From the NCBI GenBank assembly GCA_036172245.1, contig JAYWIR010000042.1, positions 806,001 through 870,000 of the forward strand: a stretch of DNA of 64,000 bases, written 5' to 3'. A program made the translations under genes and the position numbers. Source of the DNA: Raillietiella orientalis. Taxonomy: Eukaryota. The notes beneath the pieces were generated by a model. It saw only the letters and a program-made list of their open reading frames with translations. It did no database searches and had not been told where the DNA came from. Below, in pieces: positions 36,817 to 49,400 of this stretch; the stretch's first letter is position 1, and each line of letters opens with the position of its first letter.

Positions 36817-39800
36817 TGTGGCTGTTTTCCTTGGACGGGAACGCTTGTTGCCAAGTTTGGCTGCAGCTCTTCATTTTACAAGAGCGTTTTACAGCATTCT
36901 ACATACCTCGTTGAACTGGAGCGAATGTCTTTTTTGGAAGATCGCTTTCTGCCTTGGAATCAAACATCTTAACGAAATTCTCCTAACCCTATGAAGTATT
37001 TTTCGTTGTTTTCATTCCAGTTGAGGATGTCTCATATTGTCATTATTTTAGGCAGACCCTTTTTGAATCTGGAAACGTTCCGATGAGAATGATTTCGAGC
37101 CTTAGAGTTTGGGGTTGTATGAATTGGCATGGATGGTATGCACTATGCGGAGCAATGCATGAGGGTGTGTTGATCAGTGAAGTTTAATTCAATTCCTAAG
37201 ATATGTGCCTTTTATTATATTTAGGAAGCCATCGTAGGAAACATTTTCAGTTTATCGAAAGGCCGATGCATAGTGTTGCAGTCGATGCACTGATTCGAGC
37301 CATTCCTCAGCTGATGTTGCACAGCAAGGCTCCATTGAGTGACCTGAGGATCTCGAGGACTTTGCGGGAAGTGGTCTCCAAGACAGATAACAAAAGAGAA
37401 TAAGATTTTCGCTCAGCTATCTCATGAGGTAATTGCGTTGGTTTCCAGAAATTCACACCAGACACATATCTGCATAAGTTAAACGCTGTGATGCGAATGG
37501 GCTGCCTGTGATGGATTTGAGTCATGATTCCAGCGTCCACCTACTTCGCTATCCAAACACATTTATTTCTCCCTTCTTCATTTCGCATGGGTTGCATCAT
37601 GCTGCCCAGCGTCATCTGAAGCAAAAGTCTTCATTTGCTGCATGGAATGCGAGACAGCAAAACATTCGTTTTTGAAAACAGGATGCGAGCAAAAGGTTAA
37701 TTTTGATTACGTATTCCGCTGCGAATTTGAAACAAGCATGCGATTAGCAGCTAGTTCGGAATGTTCTATAAAGTGTTTCTAAAAGCTTTCTAAGAGCTGA
37801 GAATTTTCAGAAGAAATAGGCACTCTTCGATATACGGATAAATTTTCTAGCTGTATGAACAGTTTGGAAAACATCTGGCTATAATCTTGAAACGCTGATC
37901 ATTTATCAATCACTATGTAGGTGATCTGCCATAAATCACATTTCTACAGAATAAAGTCAGATTGCTTTATGCTCAGATTATGAGAAGAAGAATAAGTTTC
38001 TTCAGAAATAAAGCTAACTTGATAATCACTTGAGAGATGTCACCTTTGATATAGCATTTTTATCACGGATGAAGCATTAACTGTCTACCGAATGAACACG
38101 GTTTCTTCTTCATATGCTTTATTTATTTGCGGAGGGAATGCGCATCGTCTATCGTCGAATATGTGACCACCTGGACGTATGCCTAGTGTATCAGCAGTGT
38201 GGTAAGATGACTAAATTTAGAGGTCTCGTGATGGGTCCACATCACATTCGACCATTCGATTCGTCGCCCAAGAAGAACGATACCGATATGCCCTGCAGGA
38301 ACAATTTTCATATTCCCGTTCCTTGCCTTGAGGATGACACGTCTTTTATTTGTCCCTCAGTATACGAAACGCCACCATGGGGACACGTGGACTCAAACAA
38401 GCCGAAGTGAATTGCTTCCACTGTCTCATTAGTCTGTCATTCGAAAATGATTCTGTAGATTGTTTGCTATCAAAACAAAGATGATTTTTCTAAGCGAGCT
38501 AAAATTTTCAGCCCACTATTGTCGTATGCGATCTTTGCTTATGGGCAGATGAGTATGCATGTCTTCACGGGTCATGCTGGGTCTGGCAGACCCTGAGAGT
38601 TCCGACTCACATGAAAAGGAAATTGGTGATGCTGAAAATTGTGAAGCATTACGGATCTTGGATCCCAGTCGATCGTGGATGCTCAATGCACAAATCGGGA
38701 GGGGATTATTTACTGGGAAAAGCCTCCAGAAGTTCTGTAAGTGTTTTGGAAATCTGGGTTCCTTGTAGTAGTTCAATCTGCACTCTATTCCACTCTTTCA
38801 GGGACGGGATCACTGTATGTCTCTTCGTTCTCTCAAACTCTGCAGCAGCTGCAGAGTGTTTGGAAGAAAGTTTCGCAATTTCCAGAGTTGTCGTCGGCCT
38901 TATTTTTTGTTGAAATTCATCGCTTCTCCCACGAGAGTTAATTTTTATAGTAGCACTGTAAGTGTGCTGTTGCTGCAGGTGACCCAAGCATCTTCGGCAA
39001 TTGAGAGGTTTTCAGAAGGAGCATCTGATATTTCGAAATGAGCTTGATCAACAAAACCGGAAAACCTCAATAAGCGAAGACGGCAAAAGGACTTCTTTGG
39101 GTAAGTAATCACTTTGCTTTGTCACTATTTGGCATTGCATCACAGATTAAAGCCGATAACATCTCAAAGCCATTTTGAGAAATCGTGACAGGGAAAGGAG
39201 AACTTTAGAGCACGTGCTTTCGGAAGTTCCAGGGGAAGGCGTCTAAATCTAACTCCACGCTCATTCAAAGAAGGCTTCTCTGAATGTACTTTTTCCTTCG
39301 ATCCATCAATCAGATAAGAAATCTCGAGTGTTCTTGTGACGCCTTAGTATTCTCCAGGAATACCGAAAACTCCGCTCTCTCTTGCCGGTTGATGCTTGCA
39401 TCTGAGTTACCAGGAGCAGTTCCTAGAAAGCAAGAGTGTCCACTGAATGAGCCGAAATCGCATTGAATTCAGACAATCCTGCCATGCCCTCTGCTGCCAC
39501 CCAATGGCCTGCTCCAAACCAAAGACCTCCTTTGCACTCCTCCATAAAACTCGGATCGTTATCATGTTTTCCTTAGGCGAAATGATCTGAACCTTGTGTA
39601 AGCGTGTGCTTGCGGTCGTTCTGTTTCCAAAGTAATGCGGCGAAATTTCTGCCCAGGACGGGAACCAAATGTGACCTTTAATTACCAGGCGCACCACCAC
39701 GTGATTACACACGGTCAACACCAGAGTACTGAAAAGCGTCGCACTTTTTGCTGCCGCCGTGGGATTCCGCGGACAAGCAAACGCCTTTTCCAGATGCTGG

Positions 39801-40799
39801 AAGTTCTCACCTTCGGCAGCTTAGAACGATCAGATTTCTTGGACTCACCTCCAGCTCGTAGAGTCAACTTGTCTTCAGATGCATGCGTCTGTAATGCTTG
39901 GCCTGAATTACTTTATCGTATGAAAACTTATAAATGGAAAGCCCCGTTTTGAGCAATACATGCAGCTGCGGAGCTCTGGACATGCTGAAGAATTCCTTCA
40001 GCGGAAAGCAAAAACCAGTGGCAGTGTTGCAGCCTGAACCGGAAAGGGTGTTTTTTTCCTGCTTTCTAGAGGTACATCAGGCTGTTCTATACGAAATACC
40101 TTTGAGAAAGAGAAATAGCCCTAAGTTCGCATGTTTTGAAGCTTCACGAGCATTTGACATTCTTTTGAAGCCACCTCGAACGCTAGGTGGCTTCTCGGGT
40201 TTCCATGGCATTGAGGGAAGCAGGGAAACCTACGACTGTCCTCCACTCTCTTAGTGTGCAGTGTTTCGACTCTTCCAGTTTCATCAGTCCTTTGATCGGG
40301 TCGGCTGATCTTCCCGTATTTCTGTGACTACCCTCTTACATCCATCTTGAATAGAATGGCGTCTCAGGACTAGGTGTGATGACGTCGCCTCCAGATCTCA
40401 GCAAATGCGGAAAGTCCTGGTGTGACGAGTCCTCGTTTCCGATCTCTCGAGAAAGCTGCATATCGTAATCCATTAAACCCTCAGGCGAAATCGCATCCCT
40501 AATGGTATTTGAGGGTAGTGAAGCTGCGAATGGGAACAGTATTTCGTGAAGTTGGATTCTTTCATTCGTATATTCCTTCCCTCCTTTTTTTCCTTCTCCC
40601 CCTTTCTGGCACCACTTGCCTGAGGGAAAGCCTGTCCTCGAACTGAGACAGATGTGAAGCAGTCGGATCGTTCCTACAGCTGCTGAAAAACTAGGGTGCC
40701 GTCCACAGTATGGACCAGAATATGGCAACGATGGTGCTCGGTCTGGACTTCCTCAGTCCTTGGTGCGGGACTGCCTCCCGTCTGTCTCTGCGATCATGC

Positions 40800-42565
40800 G
40801 CAGCGCTGTGACGTCATGCCACGAATCGCGGCACCGACAGCAACGATGGGAGGCGCGCTGGTGGTCTCACCTGGGTAAAGTCGACGGGAAAATCGCCTGC
40901 ATCTTTCTTGGGCTGCAGAAGACACAGGGCTTCCGAATCCAATGCTCATACCTCTGCTTCCCTTCTCTTTTAGCGTCTTCACTCTCGCTTCCTCCTCTTG
41001 ACAGTCGATCTGAGAGCTGGCGTTCCATTCCAAACAAGTGCCGTCTCATAGTGTGAACTTGGTTTGTGCTCTTTTCTTATTCGTAAGCACCCAGGTCCAT
41101 TTGAAAGGCTTATGAATGCTGTATCAGCTGAAGAGATGAAGAGCATGGAGCATCAGCTCCAGTTCACAAGATTAGCCCTAGCAGCAAAGTTCAGGACCAC
41201 CTATTGGTGAGTTCCAGCCAGATTCCTGGCCAGTCGAGCAGCCGAAACCCAGGGACTCGGTAGTTCCTCGCGTATTGCCACTGAGTTGTTCGATGCGGGT
41301 TCCAGCTCCGGCAAATGGTTGCCTTGGTGCAGGAAGACAGATGGATTTCCTGCCGTCCCACCAACTGTAGTGCCTGGAAACAGCAAACAGCTCAGGCGTG
41401 GGCGGAAAGAAACGTCATGAGCCTGGGGGGATCTCGACGCCTGCGATTTTCGAATTACTCTTGCTGCTCGTTGCAAGAAATCATGAGTTGCCCAAGAAAC
41501 GCCACCTGGAGATTCAACACCCCACTTGCAGCCACGCTCAACAGAATCCAATGGAGATGCGTATGCAAGAAGGGAAGCATCCTGCGAGATCACAGAAAAG
41601 CAGAAGCAGCTGAGATGCTGGACGGAGTATCAATTAGCTGAAGCATGTACTCTCTTCCCTCCCCCTCCCCCTCAAAGAAATTCGTCGCTCAGTGGAACTC
41701 CTGAACCTTCCTCCTGAAGAAAAAGCAGAAATTTTCCCAGTGTTTGTAGGCATCTCCACGCTTCCCTTGAAGTGGCAGTACTCGACATTGAAGTTGTTGC
41801 CCTGGGCGATCCCGTGCAACGCGCGAGTTCACCAGTGGACGAGGGAGAGTGCGGTCTCAGACTGTGCCAGGTGTGGGGAACTGGAAACTTTCCCGCACCC
41901 ATTGCTGGATAGTGTTGCCCTCCTGAGCGTCCGGGAACGCTTCTCTGCGACCCTTCCACTCCCGATGGACGACGGGAGGGAGGTCTTGAGACGTCTCTTC
42001 ACGCGCTACTCGACGTCGCCTGCGGCTTCCCTGGTAGCTCCGTTCTGTCTTGTGGGATCATGGAAGCCAGAAGCCGCACCGAAAGAGGCCAGCCGAACGG
42101 TGAGGTCATGCCAATCGTCTTCTCCTTCATGAGGAAGGCAAGAAGATGGTCACATCTCTACCAGCAAGAGGAAGAAGTACCAACATCCTTTGGAGGACGC
42201 TGAGAACGCCAGGAAGAAATCTGTGATCCCTTCCCTTCTTCCCTCCAACATATTTTAAAACTGAACTTTTGTTTGTGTGTGTTTTTTTTAGGTTTTTGCC
42301 TACCCCTTCCCCACTTCTGAGCGGAGCTCATCTGGCATTGGGGTTGCTGCTCACGAGAAGCAGTGCCTCCGGGGCATTTCCGTTTTTGTTTATCCCTTCC
42401 CGCACTTTTCCTGAGCGGACCTCATCGCGGTTGCTGCTCACGAGTAGCAGCGCCTTCGGGGCATTCCCCTTCGTAATGGTGATGTGAAACCACTACGAAG
42501 AATGACATTTTTATCTTTTATATAACTGGATTTTTTTTTTGAAACTATTTTTTTACAATAAATGC
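40800..42565 (+). mobile_element. 3' portion of a decayed L1/Tx1-like LINE (post-RT region, zf-RVT, 3' UTR)
   Basis: WSHLGKVDGKI...GFRI (~40860-40940) and LYQLKR...RLALAAKF (~41115-41195). zf-RVT-like IPCNARVHQW...CARCGELETFPHPLLD (~41810-41910). Ends in a T-rich tail with AATAAA at ~42557. Confidence 0.7.
42296..42470 (+). repeat. Two imperfect tandem copies of a ~85-90 bp unit
   Basis: cccttccc..ctgagcgga.ctcatc...ggttgctgctcacgag.agcag.gcct.cggggcatt occurs twice in succession. Confidence 0.85.
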
Positions 42566-43299
42566 CCCTGTGTAACCGGGTGAAAACAAAGGCAAACACT
42601 CGAGACGATCTTCTCACTCCGGATAGTCGATCTATTTATTCGAAATAAAGGAATGAATAAAGTTTGTCCAAATTTTTAGAGAAGGATGCACGCGTCCCGT
42701 CCCGAAACCAAACGGACTATCTCGCTGGGGGCAGAACTAAGGAGGAGTGGAAGGAGTGAGGGAGAGCCAATAAATGAATAAATAGTGAATGCGATGGACC
42801 CCTCTCACGGGATTGCGTATGATCCCTCACATTCTGAGTAGGACAGGGAAGGGATCGATCCGTCAGCAGATACTTTCACGGATATGGGATTAGCCTCTTC
42901 ACAATTGCCCAAAGGTCTCCTTGTGCCTCTCATCCCGCATCGAGCTATTTCATTGCCCTTCACATGTTGATGGCCACACTCCACACCCTCCTCTGGCAAT
43001 GGAAGCCAAAGAAAATTGCCAATGAGGAGGGGGATAAGCCTAGAGGATCGAACATTCTACTTGGCAGGCCCTGTAGGCAGCATGGGGGAACTGGGATCCC
43101 TCAACGATCAGTGAGCCGAAGATCTTGAAGTTTGCGAAAGGAACTATGCGGTACAACCAAGTGAGGGTCCTCTATTATCTGTGAAATGATCATTCCATTC
43201 TTCATCCTTTTGAATGTTGCTCCAGATGATGAGCGGCGTGCCATATACGCAAGGCTGAGCGCCCCTTTTTGTTGAAGATTCATCTGCTTCGGATGAAAA

Positions 43300-45060
43300 T
43301 TGCAGCTTTGGTTCAAGCTCTGATCTCCGTTTACAAGAAGCACCTCTTCCGTCTGCTAAAGACACTCGTTTCTTGCAATCCAACATCTTTTTTTTCCCCT
43401 ACATTGTTCCAAAATCAATCATTTAACCTGATCATCTGACCGATCAAATGGAGCGTCACTTGAAGGTCACCATGGAGCTGGCTGGATGGGACTCAACAGA
43501 TGGAAATAGCTTCTCAGGTTAAGTGTGAAGCCACAGATGCTTCACCCCACGCTTTGTCCCGGAATGTGGCAGGAAGCTCGAAATAATGAGGATCCCGGTG
43601 CCTGTATGAAGCAGACAAGTAGGAATTTGTACGCTTTGCTCTCCTTAGAAGGAGAGAAAGTGTACCCAAGTTCATTGGATTTCTCAATGGAACCAAAACT
43701 TGAATCCTCGAGACGGTGAGCGCCTACCAGTCTCTCACATCAGCTTCCCTTTTGAGATCTTTGGCCTGAGCTCATAGAGAGTATTTGCAAACACTTATGA
43801 GGAACACGCGTTATCCCCTTCAGCCCGAAGGACTTTAGCAGTTGGATTCGTCAGTGGCATCCGTCTTTCTCAGTGGTTCATTTATGAGTTTTTGTACCAT
43901 TATTCGACTGAAAATTCACGAGGAGCGCTGCTGCTCCATATTCATTCGAGATGCTCCTTTGCTGCGCTTCCTCTGTTTCCTGAATCATTCTGCGTTAAGG
44001 CGACTGCAGATCTCAGAGAGCTCCCAACTGCAGAATGTTTGTACTTGACGAGGATGTTTGTATAGGATAGCAGAATGAGCAAGTAGCCGAGCCTTGCTTT
44101 CTGGTTCCTTCCACTCTCTTCCAGCAGTACTCGCTTCTCTCTGCAGATCATAGGACGAGTCCCTTGGTCTTGCAGGATATGAGCGCTAAGGCATTCGAGC
44201 TCTGCATCAAAAACCCGCGTTTGAGGACCACGTGGGGCGTGGTTTTCACTTCGGTTCCGCTCGAGCTCCCACCCTCGATTCTCTCGGGAGTGAGAGCACC
44301 TTCATTTTGCGACGCCACCCATTGCAGAGCAACAACGTTCCTTGTTCTGCAGTTTGGTGCATCTCCTCTTCATCTACAAAATGTTTGTTGCTTTAAGCAC
44401 CTCCTGCCCTGCTTGAAAGAAACTCCCCAGACTTCTAAGCCATCTGCTGGTGCACTTTCCTTGAATAGAAAACCTGGAGCATCCAAGAGAGAATCAATGG
44501 TCTTCCCCAAAGACAAAGATGTGCAGTGCTCGGTTGCTCGCAAGTTTCCTTTTCTTCTACTGAAGAAACAGAGTGGAACTTTCGGGATGGCGAGCGCATA
44601 TTCGCGAGGGTTAGGACTCAGGAAGGAATGGCACATGAAGCATACCTATTTTGCACCATCAACTCGGTAAGAGCCTGTCAAAAAAATTCGGCTTTGCTAT
44701 TCTTCCGAGCCGGACATTGCCAAGTTTTGTTTTGAGGAGCCCCTGTCTCTCTGTGAATCACAAACAACCGATACTTGGTTAGAGTTGAGGAGGAAAAGAC
44801 TTCTCGGAGAAGAAATCTTCAGAAAATTCAAATCTGTTCCGTAGCTTTACCATCATCAGCCGTTCTAGATTTCACATGCAGCAGATCAAGTGCGAAGGAG
44901 TGACTTGCAAAGGAGGTTTGCCACATTGTATGCTGCATCCTTCTTGGATGACTGGATTGAAAAATTTTGTGCTGGTATGGCAACAAAGAAGGGATTTTAA
45001 AGGAGGCTCTTCACAATTCCTTCTTGAAAGGGAGGTTGAGAAGGAAGGATAAAGGAAGAA
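43300..45060 (+). mobile_element. Decayed APE-RT LINE fossil
   Basis: Colinear weak motifs: LISVYK (~43320, APE-like), KEW (~44625), VLDF (~44865), DWIEKF...QQR...GGSS (~44950-45015). Confidence 0.4.
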
Positions 45061-47149
45061 CAGCTTCTTAGCTTTAGCCGGTTGAGACTCTGTTTCCTGA
45101 AATGATGGAAAGCTCTGAAACATTCGCATTTTGATATTCCGAGAGTACGAGCACCTAGGGACGAGTGTCGCCCCTCTGCGAAAACCCATGTTGATAGGTG
45201 CGAGTTCCTTGTATTTTCCCCAAGGTTTTCTCTTACGGCACAGCGTAATGAACCGATGTAGGATGGAACTGGGAAAAGCAATATACTTCACGCACAAAGC
45301 CCTACTAGTGAAGAGTCTCAACTCGGAAAGTTCTAAAAGACTCCGTTTGTTTTTCTCCCTTTCAGAAGCCATCGCAGCAGCGGTGACCCTTATCCGGAGC
45401 TAAGGTAGCTCTTGCTCTTTCTAAGAGACTTTCCAAATTCCAAATTCAGAGAAGAACACTTTGGAATGAAACCGGATGATGTGACGGATGAGTTTACCCG
45501 CCGTTCACGACAGACGCTTGGTTCCTCAACAGTCCAAAGGAGCATCCACCCAGACGATCGATAGATCTTTCCGCTGTATCCGAGTGTCTCAAAGTGAGGA
45601 GGTAGGCCTCAATTTTGATGTAACGTTCGAGTTGCTCCCAAAGTGCTCCACACCGGGAGACTTTGACGCTGGCATCCCCAAGTCAGAAGAAGTATCAATT
45701 GAAAGCCAACATCCTCTACAGGGAAGCACACTGAAGCTTTCGACATCTCAAACTTGATGAACTTGACGGTTCGGTTATTTCTGTTGAATCGATCCCAACC
45801 AAAACGCATAAATAAGGCTGAAAAGTTTGCATTCTACAGCCGCCACCATCAACGAGCCGTTGCTATGTGTGGCAAAGGTATGAAACAGAAGAATCAAGAG
45901 AGCTTAAATCTGAATCCAAGAAAGATCTTGGATTCAGATTTGACTTTTTTTGATTCGGATGCTGCACAAATACTGCTAACAGAGCTGTGTCATCTGCACA
46001 AAAAAAAAAAAAAAAAGAAGATTTAGGATCCAAGTGCTGTAATGGATTTCCACTCCCTGAGCGAGAGTCATGACACTCTTTGTCATGGCAAGCAGAAACG
46101 GTGCTTTTCTATCAGATGATCTCTGTGACTCTCATGCTTGTTTATTCGTTTCGAAGGATCTCGTGGACCTGGCAGCAGTGCTTTCTTGGTCCTTGACCGA
46201 AGATCAGAACCTGGTACTGAGATGAAAGCTCTGTCTAAGTTCTGTTTGAGGAAGCATGCAGTTCAGTAAAATCTTTGCCAGCATTCCCGGACTTTTTTTT
46301 AATTGGTTCCTACGAGACTCCTGAAAGGTTCCCAGAAAATCACCAACATCCACCTCCGGTCTACAGAAGAAAAGATGTCCCAGTTTCCATAAACATCATG
46401 CCTTTACGAAAATCCACCATTAAGATAATCCGTGAGAGCACGGGAAGTCGTTGCCATATCTACAGTTGCCGAAGCGTTCCCTAGTCCGTGATATAATACT
46501 TCGCCATCAGGAGACGATCAAATAAGGTGCTCGATAAAAGAACTTTCCGTTTGAATTCCATGGCAAAATGGTCATTCTAAATTAAACACAAGGCGTTACC
46601 CGCTAAATAAGAAAGGGGTAATCGATTCTTTGAGCTGTGCTTCCTCGCCGTATTGCTTCCAGAGCATCCTACGTAAAATTGGAACTTTATCCTCATCTAA
46701 ATGTACTTTCTGCTTATCTGCAAGAAGCCAAAAGACACTCAAGTTTAACGATGTGCTTGCATTTGAAGCTGCAGACCCTTAATGACATAAATCTACTGAT
46801 TCATCGACTGTTACTGGATTTTATATTGAATTTGAGATGTTTGATGTCTGCATCCCCCGATTTATGGAAACTTCCTGTAATCAGGGTGATGCCAATGATT
46901 GCATCAGCTTCATGAGGGTTGATTTAACAGTCAGTTTTTTTTCCTAACAATTTTCCACTTGGATGCTTACTCTAATTACAAGAAAGGATCAACTCGCTTA
47001 CTATCGACGAAGCTGAGGAATTTTCGCCTCGTAAAGCAATTCTGTAGTTCACAGATGATCGAAATCGTTTACCCCCTTTTCTCACATCTTGCAGCCATTC
47101 TACTCTGACGAATTGCTTTAGGAAAGATTTATAGTGCTTGAATTTGGCT

Positions 47150-47450
47150 TCTATTCAACAGATACTTCTTTTAGAAACCTTCATGAACCTTTCAGGTGCA
47201 TGGAAAAAGGTTCATAGTACTTCAGGAAGAAAGTCTGCCTGCATTTTCTATGGGGTTTAGTTGCATCACTCTATTAAAGGATCCGAGCGTGCGCAGTCGA
47301 GATGGACAGCTTTCAACTATGAGAACTGCTAGTGTAATACAACAAGGGATACAGTTGCCAGGCAGGAAATGCATCTGGCTGCGTATGCTGTTCATTTTCT
47401 CTGTCTTTCACTGCAGACCACCAGCTTCGAAAATCGCGCCTCTCGCCATA
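47150..47450 (+). mobile_element. LINE RT fragment
   Basis: TFMNLSGAWKKVH (FLDLS.AFD.V.H-like) followed by DGQLS....VIQQGIQL (G..S....GVPQG..L-like). Confidence 0.45.
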
Positions 47451-48929
47451 GAGAAATGCCAAACCGGGGATAAGCAACGATTTCTTAAGAGCTCGTAGGG
47501 AGTGGTTATAAACGATGGACTCTTTCTTATCAGGCACGACAGATCAGCATTTCAGACTGAAAGCTGACGTGAAATTCGAACATCACAGGGGAAGTTGTGC
47601 TGAGATTGCTGAAACTGGCAGTCCACATCACCTCCTTCCAAGCATTTCTAAAACATCAGTAAGTCTTTAGAGGTTACCCGTTACCATTCCACAATTGTAA
47701 GTGCATTCCTTTTCTCCTTCTGAGAAAAATGAAGCACCACAAGTGAACATGCATTTGTCGCCAGACACGAGGGGCACACTTGCAATTAATATATTCTGTA
47801 TTATTCCCACCATGTACTGGCACCATTGCTACCGATATGCCTTAAAAGTTTCTGACCCTGTTTCCACGCTTATCTTCGTCACCCTCACTTTTCTGGCAGA
47901 ATTACTTGGGAAAATAGATCACGCGATTGATGGTAGTAGAGATAAAACTTTATCCGAATTGCAAGAGCAATCAGCGCGGGGAAAATTCATCTTCTCTTGA
48001 AAAAGTGAGGAGAAAAAAGATCAAACGAGGAAATCAAAGCAGAAGGCAAAATTCACGCAACTTTCGTTTTAGGTGTTGTTCTTCTGGCGAGCGAGCAGCC
48101 GAGATGCTCGTATGTCCCAGGGAAAAATTTCCTGAACCCAAACCAGCTCAATGCCTTCTGTATAGTCATAGAAGACGTTCACTTGCAACCATACGAGTTC
48201 AGAGGATCAGAAGCTGTGGAACAGGGTGTGGACTGACTGGTCCATAAAGCGTCCAATGGGAAAAACGAACGAATGGGGCGTCAGAAAGTGTGAAAAGAAA
48301 AGTTGAGACGTGAAGTCGACTCGAGAATCCTTTGAGAGAAGATGGCAGAAATCTGAAAGCTAGTTGAAGAACCCCATCTGCAATTTGCATGCGTACACGT
48401 CAGTGCAGATGCATGCAGCTGTGCCGATAAAATTGGGAAGAAGACAATGAGAAAATGCTTTGAAGTGAATAAGAAGCAGAGCGATTCTACAGAAACACAG
48501 ATGTGATCCAAGAGTTTTCTCAGTGGTCTCAGAATCAGTCGGAAATCACTCGGAAATACCACAGCTTGCATTCTTAGCACGGAATGGAACCCGTAGGAGC
48601 TGCACATTCCATCATTTTCTTAGTCTCCCTGTGAGAAAGCAAAGACACCCGATAGACTGACTAGAAGGGATTAAACGGGGTTAAAGTTCCTGAAGCTTGG
48701 ATGGAAGCACCAAACTAATTGAATGAGAAAATAACACATTCTATACAAGTAGAATCTCTCCTCGGATCATAAAGAGGCTGAGGCAGAGTGTTGCACACTT
48801 CCAGTACAGAGAACCAAAATCTTGTAAGGCAAGATGGGTAAAACAAACCAACTCACTTCCTGCATTTAATTTGTCGAGCGTGAGATGTAGAGAAACATGG
48901 GGGACGCCTTGCTCCACAAACGAAAGGAT

Positions 48930-49032
48930 GTTTGTCAGAGACGGTGGTACCTGTTCATGAGGATTCTGTCTACATCTGGTGAAGTGTTTTGCCTCGACAG
49001 CTCATGAACAGGTACCACCGTCCCTGACAAAC
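48930..49032. repeat. Hairpin with 32-bp arms (1 mismatch) and a 39-nt loop
   Basis: gtttgtcagagacggtggtacctgttcatgag (48930-48961) pairs with ctcatgaacaggtaccaccgtccctgacaaac (49001-49032). Confidence 0.95.
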
Positions 49033-49169
49033 GAAGATACCGATACGGTACGTTAGATTCTTTCATCTTCCAACTGCTCGTTAGTTACGTAATTACGAAG
49101 TGATTTTATTCCTGAGATGAATCTCTGACCAGCCTACGGCCAAAAATAAACAAGGAAGACTGTAGTTGA

Positions 49170-49400
49170 ACACGGAAGACGAGAAAAAATTTTTGTTCAA
49201 GGTGCTCCCTATGAGTAATTTCACCTGTTGTTCCACAAGGGTGATCTGTACTACTTGTTTATGGTATAAGGTTAGTTCATTTATGCTGGATAAGTTTAAA
49301 CTGGTCAGCATCAAGGATAATGGGTTGCTTCCGGTTGTGCTAAGATTGCTGAAACTGGTAGTCCACATCACCTCTCCTCATATTGCTTTGTAAGGAAAAA
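49170..49400 (-). mobile_element. Possible BEL/Pao integrase N-terminal remnant
   Basis: RKQPIILD...TNLI...H.CG...HLEQKFF with in-frame stops resembles BEL/Pao KHPIILP...T.LI...H.G...LR..FW. Confidence 0.4.

Noticed and set aside
40263..40287. Hammerhead-like core on the - strand (CTGATGA-AACT-GGAAG-AGTC-GAAAC)
   Set aside because: The first stem II pair is an A-C mismatch, and consistent stems I and III with a cleavage triplet could not be formed.
42571..42905. Possible solo LTR (TGTAAC...CACA with internal poly(A)-signal-like words)
   Set aside because: No matching target-site duplication or second copy was found in the window.
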